The translations under genes and the position numbers were made by a program. From assembly GCA_035395685.1 (NCBI GenBank), contig DAOPBR010000002.1, forward strand, positions 84,488 through 148,487: DNA of 64,000 bases, given 5' to 3'. The notes under the pieces are model-generated. The model did not search any database and was not told the DNA's origin. It worked only from the letters and a program-made list of their open reading frames with translations. This DNA comes from Spirochaetota bacterium. GTDB lineage: Bacteria > Spirochaetota > UBA4802 > JAFGJZ01. Below, piece after piece: positions 19,533-29,961 of the stretch; position 1 is the stretch's first letter; every line of letters starts with the position of its first letter.

Positions 19533-19555
19533 GTTTTGATAGAACCTTATTAATG

Positions 19556-19590
19556 CGAAAAACCGGCTCAATGAGCCGGTTTTTATTTAT
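19556..19590. terminator. Bidirectional rho-independent terminator (aaaaccggctc-aat-gagccggttttt)
   Basis: Perfect 9-bp stem flanked by an A-run and a T-run, between the convergent GNAT and flaB genes. Confidence 0.65.
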
Positions 19591-19666
19591 TCAGAAAAAA
19601 TACTTTCGGTTTGCAACATACAGTTTATTCAAAAAGGGATGTTCTATTGTTCGCCTTCACTCCCGA

Positions 19667-20515
19667 TTATCTTAAAAGCTGGAGGACAGTCTGCGCTTTC
19701 TGATTAGCCTGAGCAAGCATTGAAGTGCCGCTCTGAACAAGAATCTGATCTTTAGTAAGATCAACCATTGTTTCAGCCATATCAGCGTCACGAATACGGG
19801 ATTCAGAAGCCTGAATGTTTTCATAAGCATTCATGAGACCTTTAGAAGCAAATTCGAGTCTGTTGTAATATGCTCCAAGATCCGCTCTCTGTTTTGCAAT
19901 CTTCTGAAGTGCTTCGTCGACAACACCGATTGTTCTGTTAGCTTTGTCAGCAGTCGAAAGATTTGCCAAGAATTCACCGGTTTTTTCTTTGAGGCTAAGA
20001 CCCTCAGCAGTCATAGTTCCGATGTAAACTCTTTCTCTCTGATGCATATTAGCTCCGATGTGGAACCACATAGAAGCCTTAGGATTAGTTCTGGAATAAT
20101 CACCAAGAAGAAGTTTAAATTTGTTAAACTCTGCCTGAGACGCAATTCTGTCAACTTCATCGATCAAAGCCGAAACTTCAACCTGGATGAGCTGGCGGTC
20201 TTCATTAGTATAAATACCGTTTGAAGACTGAACTGCAAGAACGCGTATTCTCTGAAGAATCTGAGAAGTCTGGTCAAGGTAACCTTCTGTAGTCTGAACA
20301 AAGCTCATGCCGTCTTCAGCATTTCTTTCAGCCTGACGAAGACCCTGAATCTGAGTTCTCATTTTTTCTGATACTGCAAGTCCGGAAGCATCGTCCCCTG
20401 ATTTGTTAATTCTCATACCGGAAGAAAGCTTCTCAGTAGATCTGTTAACGTCCCAGTGTTTGAACTTCAAAACACGGTTTGCATTAATCGCGCTCATGTT
20501 ATGGTTAATAATCAT
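19667..20515 (-). CDS. flaB: Flagellin FlaB (periplasmic flagellar filament core protein), copy 1
   Basis: [87 protein letters not shown]. Canonical spirochaete FlaB. An AGGAG RBS lies 8 nt upstream. Confidence 0.95.
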   Translation of the reverse strand: MIINHNMSAINANRVLKFKHWDVNRSTEKLSSGMRINKSGDDASGLAVSEKMRTQIQGLRQAERNAEDGMSFVQTTEGYLDQTSQILQRIRVLAVQSSNGIYTNEDRQLIQVEVSALIDEVDRIASQAEFNKFKLLLGDYSRTNPKASMWFHIGANMHQRERVYIGTMTAEGLSLKEKTGEFLANLSTADKANRTIGVVDEALQKIAKQRADLGAYYNRLEFASKGLMNAYENIQASESRIRDADMAETMVDLTKDQILVQSGTSMLAQANQKAQTVLQLLR

Positions 20516-20954
20516 ATATACACTCCTTTGTATATTCTCACCCGATCTCCTTACCGGGCGCTATATATGCCGTTAGAACCAAAAGTATTCCGGCATAATG
20601 CCGGTCTGAATTTCAAAGAACATCCCAGTTTGCGTACAATATATTTGTAATGCCAAACCGGCTGGCGGAAAATCCGCCTTCAGCCGATTTCGCAATACCA
20701 CCAAAGTTATCCGCTTCCATCATCCGGAAGCATTTATCAGTTACAGATAACTATTCGGTGTCAGAGCACTGAATCTGGAAGGTGATTATTGTCGTTTTTT
20801 GGCGTTTATATGGATATATTTGCGTTTTTGAATCTTTTTAGGCATGAATTGGGTATTTATGGTTTTTTTCCGCTGTTCTCCCCCTTCATATATATAATCG
20901 GAATAACTCATTTTTTCCGTTAATTTTTTTAAAAAAAATGGCACAATTTATGCT

Positions 20955-20983
20955 TTGACAGCAAAATTATGAATTATTATACA
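20955..20983 (+). promoter_or_regulatory. Sigma70-like promoter candidate (TTGACA, 17-nt spacer, TATACA) for the HD-GYP gene, inside a 570-bp AT-rich divergent intergenic region
   Basis: Read from the sequence, about 105 nt upstream of ATG 21089. Confidence 0.35.
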
Positions 20984-21088
20984 CTTTAATAATGATTTAC
21001 TACTTTATATTTTTCAAAATGCTTTCAAATTTAAGACAAATTAATAATAATTATTTGAATTTAATAAATATTAGTGTAGAATAATAAA

Positions 21089-22246
21089 ATGAAGAAAGTT
21101 GATCTATTGTATATTTCACCCGGTTCCAGTTTTGTTAATCCGCTTTTTTCTGAAGACGGAAAAAAGGTGCTTGAAGCAAGGATTGCAATCACCAAGGAGA
21201 TGATTGAAAGCTTTCAGGCAAAATACGGAAAATATCTCTATTACGATTCTTCAAACGAAAAGGTAAAGATTCCGCATTACCGCGTCAATATTGTTTACAA
21301 TAACGCAAAAACAATTCTGGATGAAGTTGAAAAAACGAATAAGCTCAGCAAAACAGGCTATCGTGCAGCCGAACAGGTAGTTGACGAAGTTCTTTCGGAG
21401 CTCAATTCAATTGAGATAGAAGAAATTGACTTATTGAAAGAACTCAGCTCTTTTGATGATTATATTTATAACCATTCCGTTAACGTCGGATTCATGACAG
21501 CGGTGCTTGCCAAGCGCATGAAAAAATTCAATGAAGACGAACTTCGCTCCATAACGCTTTCGGCATATCTTCACGATATCGGGCATAAGCAGATAGACAA
21601 ACAATTACTCAACAAAGAAGGGGCATTCAACGTCTCTGAATTTCAAAAGGTAAAACGCCATCCCCAGCTAGGCTATGAGATGATAAAAAACGTAAACAAT
21701 ACCGACCCTATCATTCAGCAGGGAGTTTTGTTTCATCATGAGAAATTCAACAACAACGGCTATTATCAGCTCCCGTATGAAAATCTTCCGGTTTTTCCGA
21801 AACTGATTTCAATCTGCGATATTTATGACGCGCTAACTACGGTTAGGCCGTTCCGGAAAGAATCTTTCACGTCAATTCAAGCCGTTCACGCAATAATAAA
21901 CAGCATTGATACGATATTCGATTACGAACTCGTTTCTGATTTTATAAGCATAATGCCTTCTCTTCTTAACTGTACGGAAGATATTTTCAAAAAAAACGAC
22001 ATCTGCGCACTCAATTCGGAAGAACTCGCTCTTATTGATTCATACAATCCGGAGAAAATTCTTCATCCTGAAGTACGTGTTTTCTGCAAATTTAAAAGAG
22101 TTCAGGGAAAGATCGCGGCAAGTTATTATTCTGAAACAAAACCGGTAAAACTTTCAGATGACGGAATACATATCGTCAAAGTAATAAACAATGCAAATCA
22201 GCTTGATTCAATACGGCTCGCATTGAAAGAAAAAAAGCTTATTTGA
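21089..22246 (+). CDS. HD-GYP domain c-di-GMP phosphodiesterase
   Basis: HD motif (LSAYLHDIGHKQID), downstream HHEKFNNNGY, and the ..ICDIYDALTTVRPFR.. segment typical of HD-GYP. Confidence 0.8.
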   Translation: MKKVDLLYISPGSSFVNPLFSEDGKKVLEARIAITKEMIESFQAKYGKYLYYDSSNEKVKIPHYRVNIVYNNAKTILDEVEKTNKLSKTGYRAAEQVVDEVLSELNSIEIEEIDLLKELSSFDDYIYNHSVNVGFMTAVLAKRMKKFNEDELRSITLSAYLHDIGHKQIDKQLLNKEGAFNVSEFQKVKRHPQLGYEMIKNVNNTDPIIQQGVLFHHEKFNNNGYYQLPYENLPVFPKLISICDIYDALTTVRPFRKESFTSIQAVHAIINSIDTIFDYELVSDFISIMPSLLNCTEDIFKKNDICALNSEELALIDSYNPEKILHPEVRVFCKFKRVQGKIAASYYSETKPVKLSDDGIHIVKVINNANQLDSIRLALKEKKLI

Positions 22247-22274
22247 ATTATAACAAAATTCCGGGAATCGGCTC

Positions 22275-23108
22275 TCATCCGAAAATTGAAAAAATTTCGT
22301 TTCGGATGTTTTTTATTTCTTCAAAAACAACCTTTTCGTTTTCAACCGCAAGAGAAAGCGCTTTTTCTGCCGAGGCAGACTCGGCAAATAATACCATTTT
22401 ACGCTGAGAGGAAATCATAATTTCAACATCCGGGCATTTCAATTTGATGATGGATTTTATGCGGCTTAAAAGAAATATTGATTCAGGAAGTTTCTCCGAA
22501 TCAGAAAGAGATATAAGAAAAATCTTATCATAATAATCAGTAAGATGAATCATAATTTTTGAGAGAGCCGAAAAATCCAATTCATAAGTTCTGGATTTAA
22601 TTTTCCGTATAAGCACATCAACTGCAGCAAGTTTGCTGAAATCACTGCCGGAGGACACAACAAAAGGCGGAAAGTATTCATTATCAAATAATTCCGTAAA
22701 ATCAGAAAAAGGTAATATTTTTAAAACTGAACCTGAAAATGGATATTCAAAAGGCTTTTTTTTGCGAAGTTTGCGGAAAAAATCCTTAGTAGGGATAATC
22801 GATTTAGAAGAATTCGAAGAATAGAGCGACTTTTCACAATCATAGCAGTATATTTCAGCAGACGCATGGGATTCTTCCAAAAAAAAACGAAATTCCATGC
22901 CATCAATATAATCCGAATTCAAATACGGCCTATTCAACGCTCGGTAAAAAATATTTGATGCAGAATATAAGGGGTCCGGTTTTTTTACGGAATCTTCGGA
23001 ATGAACTTCCCTTGTGACTTTTGAAATAAGCCCCTTCAGCTCTGAACTGAAAGCCTTTTGCCTGATGCGGCTTAAATCTTCATCGGTAAAAGAATTTTCT
23101 TCAGTCAT
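22275..23108 (-). CDS. Hypothetical protein (no recognisable domain)
   Basis: ORF-caller start is 23189. The first 27 codons contain the terminator hairpin of the upstream gene, so Met28 (23108), preceded by GGCGGA, is proposed as the start. Confidence 0.45.
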   Translation of the reverse strand: MTEENSFTDEDLSRIRQKAFSSELKGLISKVTREVHSEDSVKKPDPLYSASNIFYRALNRPYLNSDYIDGMEFRFFLEESHASAEIYCYDCEKSLYSSNSSKSIIPTKDFFRKLRKKKPFEYPFSGSVLKILPFSDFTELFDNEYFPPFVVSSGSDFSKLAAVDVLIRKIKSRTYELDFSALSKIMIHLTDYYDKIFLISLSDSEKLPESIFLLSRIKSIIKLKCPDVEIMISSQRKMVLFAESASAEKALSLAVENEKVVFEEIKNIRNEIFSIFG

Positions 23109-23125
23109 TCGTTTCCGCCGTAATA

Positions 23126-23158
23126 CAAAAAAATCGCGCGCGGTAAAACGCGCGCACG
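23126..23158 (-). terminator. Rho-independent terminator on the minus strand (gtgcgcgcg-tttta-ccgcgcgcga followed by TTTTTTT)
   Basis: GC stem plus T-run immediately downstream of the deacetylase gene (stop at 23310). Confidence 0.55.
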
Positions 23159-23309
23159 AAACTGATAACACTTTTTCACAATCAGTCAATCAATTATTTA
23201 TCAGCTGTTAGTTGTTAATCTCAATATTAAAACCTACTCACAAGTTTAGTTTGAAACACGGATATTTTTTCAAGCTAAACTTTTAATATCAGAAAGAATC
23301 GAATCAAAT

Positions 23310-24260
23310 CTAATGTGCAAGAGTAAGCGAACCTGCATCTAAAGAGACTTCATAATATCCATGACCGTCCCATTCCAAAAGCTTGTCATTTTGATAGAGA
23401 GTACCGCCGTCAACCGTAACCCTTAAATATTTTCCTGGAGGGAAATGATCCGGCAAAGTCCAATTCCACGTAGTAGTATTACCGGAAAAAACCGGCGTAA
23501 CAGAGGATAATATTTTCTGAGCACGCCAATATGCTCCGATGTTGGTCACAGTATCAATCCAAATATCGCCTAATGATTTAGCATACACAACGCCGGCCGC
23601 AAACTGATCATAATTCACAGGCTGATATGCACCATCATTGCCTCCTGTAAAACCATGCACAAGAATAATTCTCCAGCCTTTGACACTACGAGCTGAATCG
23701 ACAACAAAATCCATTCGTGAAGTTGAATGAATATCACATTTAAGATTATAAGGGTCTGTGCTGTCATTAGGCAAAATATTTCCGCCTGAAACACCGCGAC
23801 CGATAAAAAAACGCGTCTTCGCTAATGGAATGTATGAAGTATCACCATAGGGATACGCTATAGAATAAACATCAGTACCAAATGTATTTTGAATGAAATC
23901 AGTCGCAATATCGATATTTGCCGCTGAAACAGTTGTGTGATCATTAGTATGATTACCAATCTCATGTCCATCTTTGACAATCTTAGACCAAAGTGCTGCC
24001 AAATCCACAGGTTTCATGGTTATCCGATTTGTTTGTATGTAAAATGTCATAGGAATACCAAGTGCCTGCAATTCAGCATAATTATCTAATTGGGATGAAG
24101 TACTGTCATCAAATGTATACGAAACAGCCCCCGTAAATCCTGCCCAATTGAGTACCTTTAAATTACCCGGAATGCCTGATGGAACCGGAAGATTATTCAC
24201 TCCCGGAGGAATCGGAAGACTGGATATAATATTTAATTTTACCATATAAGTTTTATTCAA
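23310..24260 (-). CDS. Polysaccharide deacetylase family protein (NodB domain)
   Basis: TFDD motif (YTFDDSTSS) and HTNDH motif. No clear signal peptide. The 260 bp upstream have atypical composition. Confidence 0.6.
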   Translation of the reverse strand: MNKTYMVKLNIISSLPIPPGVNNLPVPSGIPGNLKVLNWAGFTGAVSYTFDDSTSSQLDNYAELQALGIPMTFYIQTNRITMKPVDLAALWSKIVKDGHEIGNHTNDHTTVSAANIDIATDFIQNTFGTDVYSIAYPYGDTSYIPLAKTRFFIGRGVSGGNILPNDSTDPYNLKCDIHSTSRMDFVVDSARSVKGWRIILVHGFTGGNDGAYQPVNYDQFAAGVVYAKSLGDIWIDTVTNIGAYWRAQKILSSVTPVFSGNTTTWNWTLPDHFPPGKYLRVTVDGGTLYQNDKLLEWDGHGYYEVSLDAGSLTLAH

Positions 24261-24518
24261 CCATCTTCTGCCATCGCAATATATGAAACAGGACTTGCAG
24301 ACTTATTAGAATTTACCCAGCTCTGTTGACACACCCCAAGAATCGACACCGTCTAGTTCTGATCGGCATAGTCAATCACCTGGTTCGTGCGATACGAAAT
24401 CCGATTATGACTTCAGTGGACAAAGATGACGGAAGCAATTGCGTCAAACCGATCGCCAGATCCTCATCAGCGCTCAGATAATTTCCTCCGCGGTATTCGC
24501 GGCATGTAGCTGATTAAA

Positions 24519-25385
24519 TTACTTTTTGCTGAAAAAGAATTTTTTGACAAATCCGGCAGCCGCAATCAGACCTATTATGATAAATTTCTTGGCGGCGAGA
24601 ATGCCTACCCACAGACTTTTCAAAAGACCCGTCTTCGCTGCTGCCGCGGCTCCCCCGGCAATAAGTGCGGCGATTCCGAACTCTGCCACCCTGTCCTTTC
24701 CGGGAACATATTCTGCATAACGGTTACCATCCGAGAAGTTTACCGATGCAAGTAGCGGAGCCGATTTAGACTCTATGTCTTTCAGCTGTTTCATTCCCGA
24801 AACGGCATTAAGAACAAGGACTCCTTTGCGTCCTAAAATTCTGAAGTTATAATTGAGAGTGTTTTCATTGCTACCTTCGAACTTAAGTTCCTTCGCCCAG
24901 AATAGTTTATGCGATGCTTTGTCATAATGCGGCGGAGTCGCCCAGCCGACAAGCTCGATCGAACTGTATCCGGCTTTCTTCCGTTCGGGATTAGATTCTT
25001 TTATCTCCTCCTTCATCGTAGAGAGAAGTTCATCATAGTCAATCTTGTCCGCATCATCGTCCTTGACGAATCCGGAGTCCTCATAGGTAATAACGATCCC
25101 CCAACTGTCATCCGCTATCGGATTCATATTTGATGGAAAAATCATTCCGAGAACACCGTCAGCGGATCCCTCGGGATTTCCCCAAAGATCTTCGATTACC
25201 GTCTTGCTCTGTTTCGGATCGAGATACCTGAAATCGCCGGGAAGATTCATTACAGCTATATTGTCGCCGATTTCGATTTTACCTGTTTTCCATTTGAATG
25301 ACGGCGCCTGATCCGCCGCGAAAATATGAACAGCACCAACGACTAACGCGATCGCTGCAAAAAAGTATAACGATTTTATTTTCAC
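24519..25385 (-). CDS. Secreted, membrane-anchored hypothetical protein (signal peptide plus C-terminal Ala/Gly-rich TM segments)
   Basis: N-terminal signal sequence. C-terminal segment ..FGIAALIAGGAAAAAKTGLLK..IIGLIAAAGFV. Confidence 0.4.
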   Translation of the reverse strand: MKIKSLYFFAAIALVVGAVHIFAADQAPSFKWKTGKIEIGDNIAVMNLPGDFRYLDPKQSKTVIEDLWGNPEGSADGVLGMIFPSNMNPIADDSWGIVITYEDSGFVKDDDADKIDYDELLSTMKEEIKESNPERKKAGYSSIELVGWATPPHYDKASHKLFWAKELKFEGSNENTLNYNFRILGRKGVLVLNAVSGMKQLKDIESKSAPLLASVNFSDGNRYAEYVPGKDRVAEFGIAALIAGGAAAAAKTGLLKSLWVGILAAKKFIIIGLIAAAGFVKKFFFSKK

Positions 25386-25406
25386 TTGTTTTCTCCTTTT
25401 GCCTGA

Positions 25407-26057
25407 TTAAATGAAACCCTGAATGCGCTCAACAAATCTGCCGATGACATCCGGATCAAACGCAACAGTTATAAGGAATCCCGTGAGAGAGCCCCAGAAG
25501 TGAGCGGAATGATTTATGTTATCCCCCTGACGTCTCGACGCGTAGATGCAATATCCGAGATATAGAAAAGCGTATATGAAAGCGGGGATGCCGATAGGAA
25601 TAAACATAATATAAATCCGTGAAAGCGGATCGTATAGGATATATCCGAACACGACACCGCTGACCGCTCCCGAAGCGCCGAGTGACGCATATCGCGGATT
25701 GTTTTTGTTCTTCAGATATGATGGAATGCTTGCAATTATCATGCTCGCGAAATAAAGAACCGCAAATTTAGCCGGTCCCATTATATTTTCGAGAGGAAAG
25801 GCGAAAAAGAAGAAAGTAAACATGTTAAAGAAGAGATGCTGATAATCCGCATGAATAAATCCGCTCGTTATAAAGGTCCGGTATGACCCGCTGCGGCTGA
25901 TATCATAAGGAGTCAGCAGCCATTTCCGCATGAGATGTTCGTGTTTGAACGCGAGAATGCTCATAACTATGCTGACTGCGAGAATGGAAAGAGGAACCGG
26001 ATTAGGAATCATATCAAACATTAGTGCTTCTCCTGAAATAAAAATGCATCGGGGCAA
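25407..26057 (-). CDS. Rhomboid-family intramembrane serine protease
   Basis: GASGAVSGV (catalytic Ser) and AHFWGSLTG (catalytic His) on a 6-TM scaffold. Confidence 0.8.
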   Translation of the reverse strand: MPRCIFISGEALMFDMIPNPVPLSILAVSIVMSILAFKHEHLMRKWLLTPYDISRSGSYRTFITSGFIHADYQHLFFNMFTFFFFAFPLENIMGPAKFAVLYFASMIIASIPSYLKNKNNPRYASLGASGAVSGVVFGYILYDPLSRIYIMFIPIGIPAFIYAFLYLGYCIYASRRQGDNINHSAHFWGSLTGFLITVAFDPDVIGRFVERIQGFI

Positions 26058-26070
26058 TTAGCAACGCTGC

Positions 26071-26970
26071 TTATATTTTGTCTACCCGCGAATCAGGGCG
26101 GATAAATGGGCTGTTCACATTCTTTGAAAGAATATCATTATATGCATAAACCTTTCTGTAGGCATTTCCCCACACTTCTGACTGCCTGTATTTACGCATA
26201 ATGTCAAGATCGAACTCAGCAATGAAGACACCTTCGTCACTGCCGCATTCAAGTATGCAGTGATTTCTTGTTCCGTTTTCATCATCATTTTCACTGACAA
26301 ACGCAACCCCGTCAAAAGCAATAGAATGCCCCTTATAAATCTCACCTGCATAGTTTGCCAATGCAATACCTGTCATATTTTCAAAGGCTCTTGTCATTAG
26401 TTGATTTTTACGGTTTGTCTCGATACGGCATGCGTTTGGAACTAAGATAATTTCCGCACCCTTGAGCATCAGTATACGGGCCGACTCTGGAAGCTCCCGG
26501 TCAAAACATATCATAGCACCGATTTTAACCAGCCCTTGACTGGTATCAAGCTCATCTACGAAAAATTCATCACCAGGACGGCAGTACTTCTCTTCACAAT
26601 AATCGCAGGTATGGATTTTACGGTAATTAAATTTAATTTCACCGAATCTATCAATCAGCATAAGCGAGTTCGCCGGCAGAAGATCGCTTTTTTCAAGATA
26701 TGTAAAAGCAATCGACATATCTAATTCTTTTGCAAGCGAACAATATTGGCTGATCTCCGTTGAATCTCTCTCGATAGCACTCTGTTTCCACTTCAGAAGA
26801 GACGCCTCATCTGTAGGAAAAGAATAACCGACAGACCACATTTCGGGAAATAGTGCTAAATCAGCTCCAGCGTTTTTAGCTTTTCGGCAGTATTCAATTC
26901 CCTTTAGTATATTTTCATCAAAATTTGAATTTGGCTTCATCTGAAGCAATGCAACTTTCAGAATTTTCAT
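26071..26970 (-). CDS. Carbon-nitrogen hydrolase (nitrilase/amidase superfamily)
   Basis: Glu-Lys-Cys triad context (LALFPEMW; RKIH; AMICFDRELPE). Confidence 0.8.
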   Translation of the reverse strand: MKILKVALLQMKPNSNFDENILKGIEYCRKAKNAGADLALFPEMWSVGYSFPTDEASLLKWKQSAIERDSTEISQYCSLAKELDMSIAFTYLEKSDLLPANSLMLIDRFGEIKFNYRKIHTCDYCEEKYCRPGDEFFVDELDTSQGLVKIGAMICFDRELPESARILMLKGAEIILVPNACRIETNRKNQLMTRAFENMTGIALANYAGEIYKGHSIAFDGVAFVSENDDENGTRNHCILECGSDEGVFIAEFDLDIMRKYRQSEVWGNAYRKVYAYNDILSKNVNSPFIRPDSRVDKI

Positions 26971-27338
26971 TTAAAAAACCTTTTGTCCGAACATATAGCT
27001 ACAATTATATTCAGAAACATCCTGAATTTATAAAGAGGTCAATTAAAATTTACTGGTGGGCAAGCAAATACTTAGAACTCGCATTGAGTTCTACTATTCT
27101 GTTAATCAGATAATTGGAAACTTAGCTTATATTATTTCAATCATATGACACACTTTCCGCCTCTTGTGCCTTTTTCACACAGATGATGAGAACAAATAAA
27201 CCGTCTTAATCTTTTTAGATACTTGAACACATCTCCGGTTTTCATCATATTTCCCATTCACAAAACAGAACGAAGCATCTTTCACCGACTAATTGAAATT
27301 TCTTTCTGCTGCTGGCAGATATTCCATCAGGCAGTTCT

Positions 27339-28457
27339 TCAACCAGCAAAATCTTTTACCATCATTTCTAATTCGTCAGGAATTGCAATCTGCTGAGGAC
27401 AGTGGCTGACACAGACACCGCATCTTGTGCACTTATCGGCACGAACCGGGGCATCAATCCATTGCCATGCACCGCGGGCAGTTTCACTCTTGCCGAACAT
27501 ATACAATTCATTCCAAACCTTGAAATTACGGGGAATATCGACACCGGAAGGGCACGGCATGCAATACGCGCACTGCGTGCATCCGATACGGGTATTCTGG
27601 CGGTAAAGTTCTTCTGTTTTATCAATCAGCGCCAGTTCTTCGGATGTAAAGCAATCAGGTCCGTTTGAGCCGGCAATCGCGAGATTTTCAACCAGCTGCT
27701 CCATAGTACTCATACCGCTTAGAACAACACCGATGTCCTTATGGCTGAATATCCATCCGAGAGCCCACTCTACCGCCGACCGCTGTTTTCCGGCACTCTT
27801 CCACAGCTCTTTTACCGTTTCAGGAAGAGGCTCTACAAGATTTCCGCCGCGAAGAGGTTCCATTATAATTATATCAATATTCTTTGAACGTGCATAATTC
27901 AGCCCGTCGAGACCGGCCTGCTCTTTTCTGTCCAGATAGTTATACTGAATCTGACAGAATTCCCAGTTATATGCATCAACAATATCTATAAATACCGGAT
28001 GAGCATCGTGAAACGAAAAACCGAAATGCTTGATTTTACCTTTTTTTACCATTTTTTCGCAGAAATCAATCGCGTTATGCTTCTTACATGTTGCCCATGT
28101 CCCGCTATTAAGGGCATGCAGCAGATAAAAGTCAATGCAGTCCACCTGAAGATTTTCAAGCTGTTTGTCGAGATAATATTCGAAGTCTTCATCCTTCTGA
28201 ATAAGCCAAACCGGAGATTTTGTTGCGATAAAGCTCTTTTCCCGATACCCGCCTTTGAAGGCCTTTGCAACAAGATCCTCACTGGTACCGTTATGATAAA
28301 CCCAGGCGGTATCAACATAGTTGATTCCGGAGTCAATCGCATGATGAATCATCCGTATTGACTCTTTTTCATCTATTTGTCCTCCGATCTGCGGCAGACG
28401 CATTGCGCCGAAACCGAGCTGTGATACTTTTTCTCCGGCAAGTGTACGGTATATCAT
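27339..28457 (-). CDS. Aldo/keto reductase fused to a C-terminal 2x[4Fe-4S] ferredoxin-like domain
   Basis: AKR N-terminus (GFGAMRLP..DTAWVY). C-terminal CTQCAYCMPCP and CTRCGVCVSHCP motifs. Confidence 0.85.
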   Translation of the reverse strand: MIYRTLAGEKVSQLGFGAMRLPQIGGQIDEKESIRMIHHAIDSGINYVDTAWVYHNGTSEDLVAKAFKGGYREKSFIATKSPVWLIQKDEDFEYYLDKQLENLQVDCIDFYLLHALNSGTWATCKKHNAIDFCEKMVKKGKIKHFGFSFHDAHPVFIDIVDAYNWEFCQIQYNYLDRKEQAGLDGLNYARSKNIDIIIMEPLRGGNLVEPLPETVKELWKSAGKQRSAVEWALGWIFSHKDIGVVLSGMSTMEQLVENLAIAGSNGPDCFTSEELALIDKTEELYRQNTRIGCTQCAYCMPCPSGVDIPRNFKVWNELYMFGKSETARGAWQWIDAPVRADKCTRCGVCVSHCPQQIAIPDELEMMVKDFAG

Positions 28458-28741
28458 TGTTAATCTCTCCTGTTTTTACATATGGCTGCAATAAAGCTAA
28501 GCGTAAGATACCCGCCTGTGATCATGATGATCATCCTAGTTAATCCTAAGCGCAGCGCACCGATTGCTCTCGAAATGCTGCCTGAAAGCAGAACTTCGGA
28601 AATTGAACCTGATTGCTGCATGATAATCACCTCTATACTTTTTTCTGCCGCGGAAAACGGTGTCAGCCCAATGAGAATGATAACAGTTTCCGCAAATATT
28701 GTACACAACTAATACAGCGAAGATAACACTGATGAAATAAT

Positions 28742-29173
28742 TTATAAACCGGCTTCGGCAATTGCTTCAGTTACAATACTTAAATCCGTTGTACCTCTGA
28801 ATCCGCTAAATCCTATGGAAAGTTTAATTCCGTTCTTCAAAGTAACAGGCTGACCGCCTTCCCACCCGATAAAATCCGGCATATTAATTCCGTATTTGCC
28901 ATGATCAAGTTTATCTGAAAATACAAGTTTCTCATATTCGTTTGTTTTGTAACCTGTAATCCAAACTTGGTTTGCCTTTGTCCAGGCAATCTTAAATGAG
29001 TCCCTGCACCTGATTTTATCTTCACCCCAAAGTTTCCCGTAAATCTGACCGTTTTCATCGATGATACATACAGAAACAACACCTTTTGCAATTGCATAAT
29101 CTTCAGGTGTTTTCATGTGAACCGGCACAAGCTCATTCAGAGTATCGATTATTTTTTGAATTGTTGATTCCAT
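28742..29173 (-). CDS. GlcG/DUF336-like (heme-binding/degrading HbpS-like) small protein
   Basis: 143 aa. Family assigned from size and weak motif resemblance only. Confidence 0.35.
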   Translation of the reverse strand: MESTIQKIIDTLNELVPVHMKTPEDYAIAKGVVSVCIIDENGQIYGKLWGEDKIRCRDSFKIAWTKANQVWITGYKTNEYEKLVFSDKLDHGKYGINMPDFIGWEGGQPVTLKNGIKLSIGFSGFRGTTDLSIVTEAIAEAGL

Positions 29174-29494
29174 AAAATTATATGTTTTTATCCGGGAAAA
29201 TCACCCGGAAAAAACTGCCTCCGTAATATATTTAATGCGATACAAATGAGTCAAAAATAAGATTCATAAACTTCCTGTATAACATAATAATTAGATGGCT
29301 TTTATGTCAAAGAAGAATTACTCGGCAGAAGAAAAGTTTAATACCGCAAAAGTGGCGCTGATAACATAAAATAATTATATGTAATTATTTTATTTATTAC
29401 CCCAAAAAACTTCATAATATCATGATTATACTTGAAAGCATAAGAACTCTTCCGGAAGATGTCATTAAATTTCGAAAAGACAGCGAGGATCAAT

Positions 29495-29851
29495 ATGAGC
29501 AACGAACCTAAATGCCCGGAATGCAGCTCTGCAAATTCATACCATGACGGAAATCTATGGGTCTGCCCTGACTGCAACTTTGAATGGGACCAGACTAAAA
29601 CGTCCGATGCTTCCGAAGCTGAAGAAGAGACAAATACCGTACGCGATGCGCACGGAAATATACTTAATAACGGAGACTCCGTTACAGTATTGAAAGAATT
29701 GAAAGTAAAAGGCTCATCATCTGGAATAAAAGCGGGAACCAAAGTAAAAGGTATCCGCATCATCGAAAGCGATAACGGACACAACATCTCATGTAAAATC
29801 GACGGAATTGGATCGATGTACCTGAAGTCCGAATTCGTAAGAAAAGCCTGA
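29495..29851 (+). CDS. phnA: PhnA/YjdC-family zinc-ribbon protein
   Basis: CPECSS..CPDC zinc ribbon, then ..DAHGNILNNGDSVTVLKELKVKGSSS..KVKGIRIIESDNGHNISCKIDGIGSMYLKSEFVRK, closely matching E. coli PhnA. The start is reassigned to ATG 29495, preceded by GAGGAT. Confidence 0.9.
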   Translation: MSNEPKCPECSSANSYHDGNLWVCPDCNFEWDQTKTSDASEAEEETNTVRDAHGNILNNGDSVTVLKELKVKGSSSGIKAGTKVKGIRIIESDNGHNISCKIDGIGSMYLKSEFVRKA

Positions 29852-29961
29852 AAGAAAATTTGTTTCGAGATAGTATTCAACAAAAACAGAAAAAGAAGAA
29901 TAGACTTATTTCCATGGCGACGTGACAATGTAATAATTATATAATGATTTTTTAATATTAT

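Noticed and set aside
20681-20702. Shared 22-mer near both flaB genes as a definite regulatory site
   Set aside because: An exact 15-mer match is expected by chance about once or twice in a 64 kb window. The extended 20/22 match and the placement next to both flagellin genes are suggestive but not significant alone. It is reported only as a low-priority note inside the flaB inversion finding.
28460-28708. 82-aa hydrophobic ORF between the GlcG-like and aldo/keto reductase genes, possibly a small membrane protein
   Set aside because: It abuts the AKR start and could be real, but it has no RBS, no recognisable motif, and overlapping alternative ORFs on the other strand. It is left uncalled.
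29338-29928. 196-aa minus-strand ORF
   Set aside because: It lies fully antisense to the well-supported phnA gene (29495-29851), with no RBS and a low-complexity translation.
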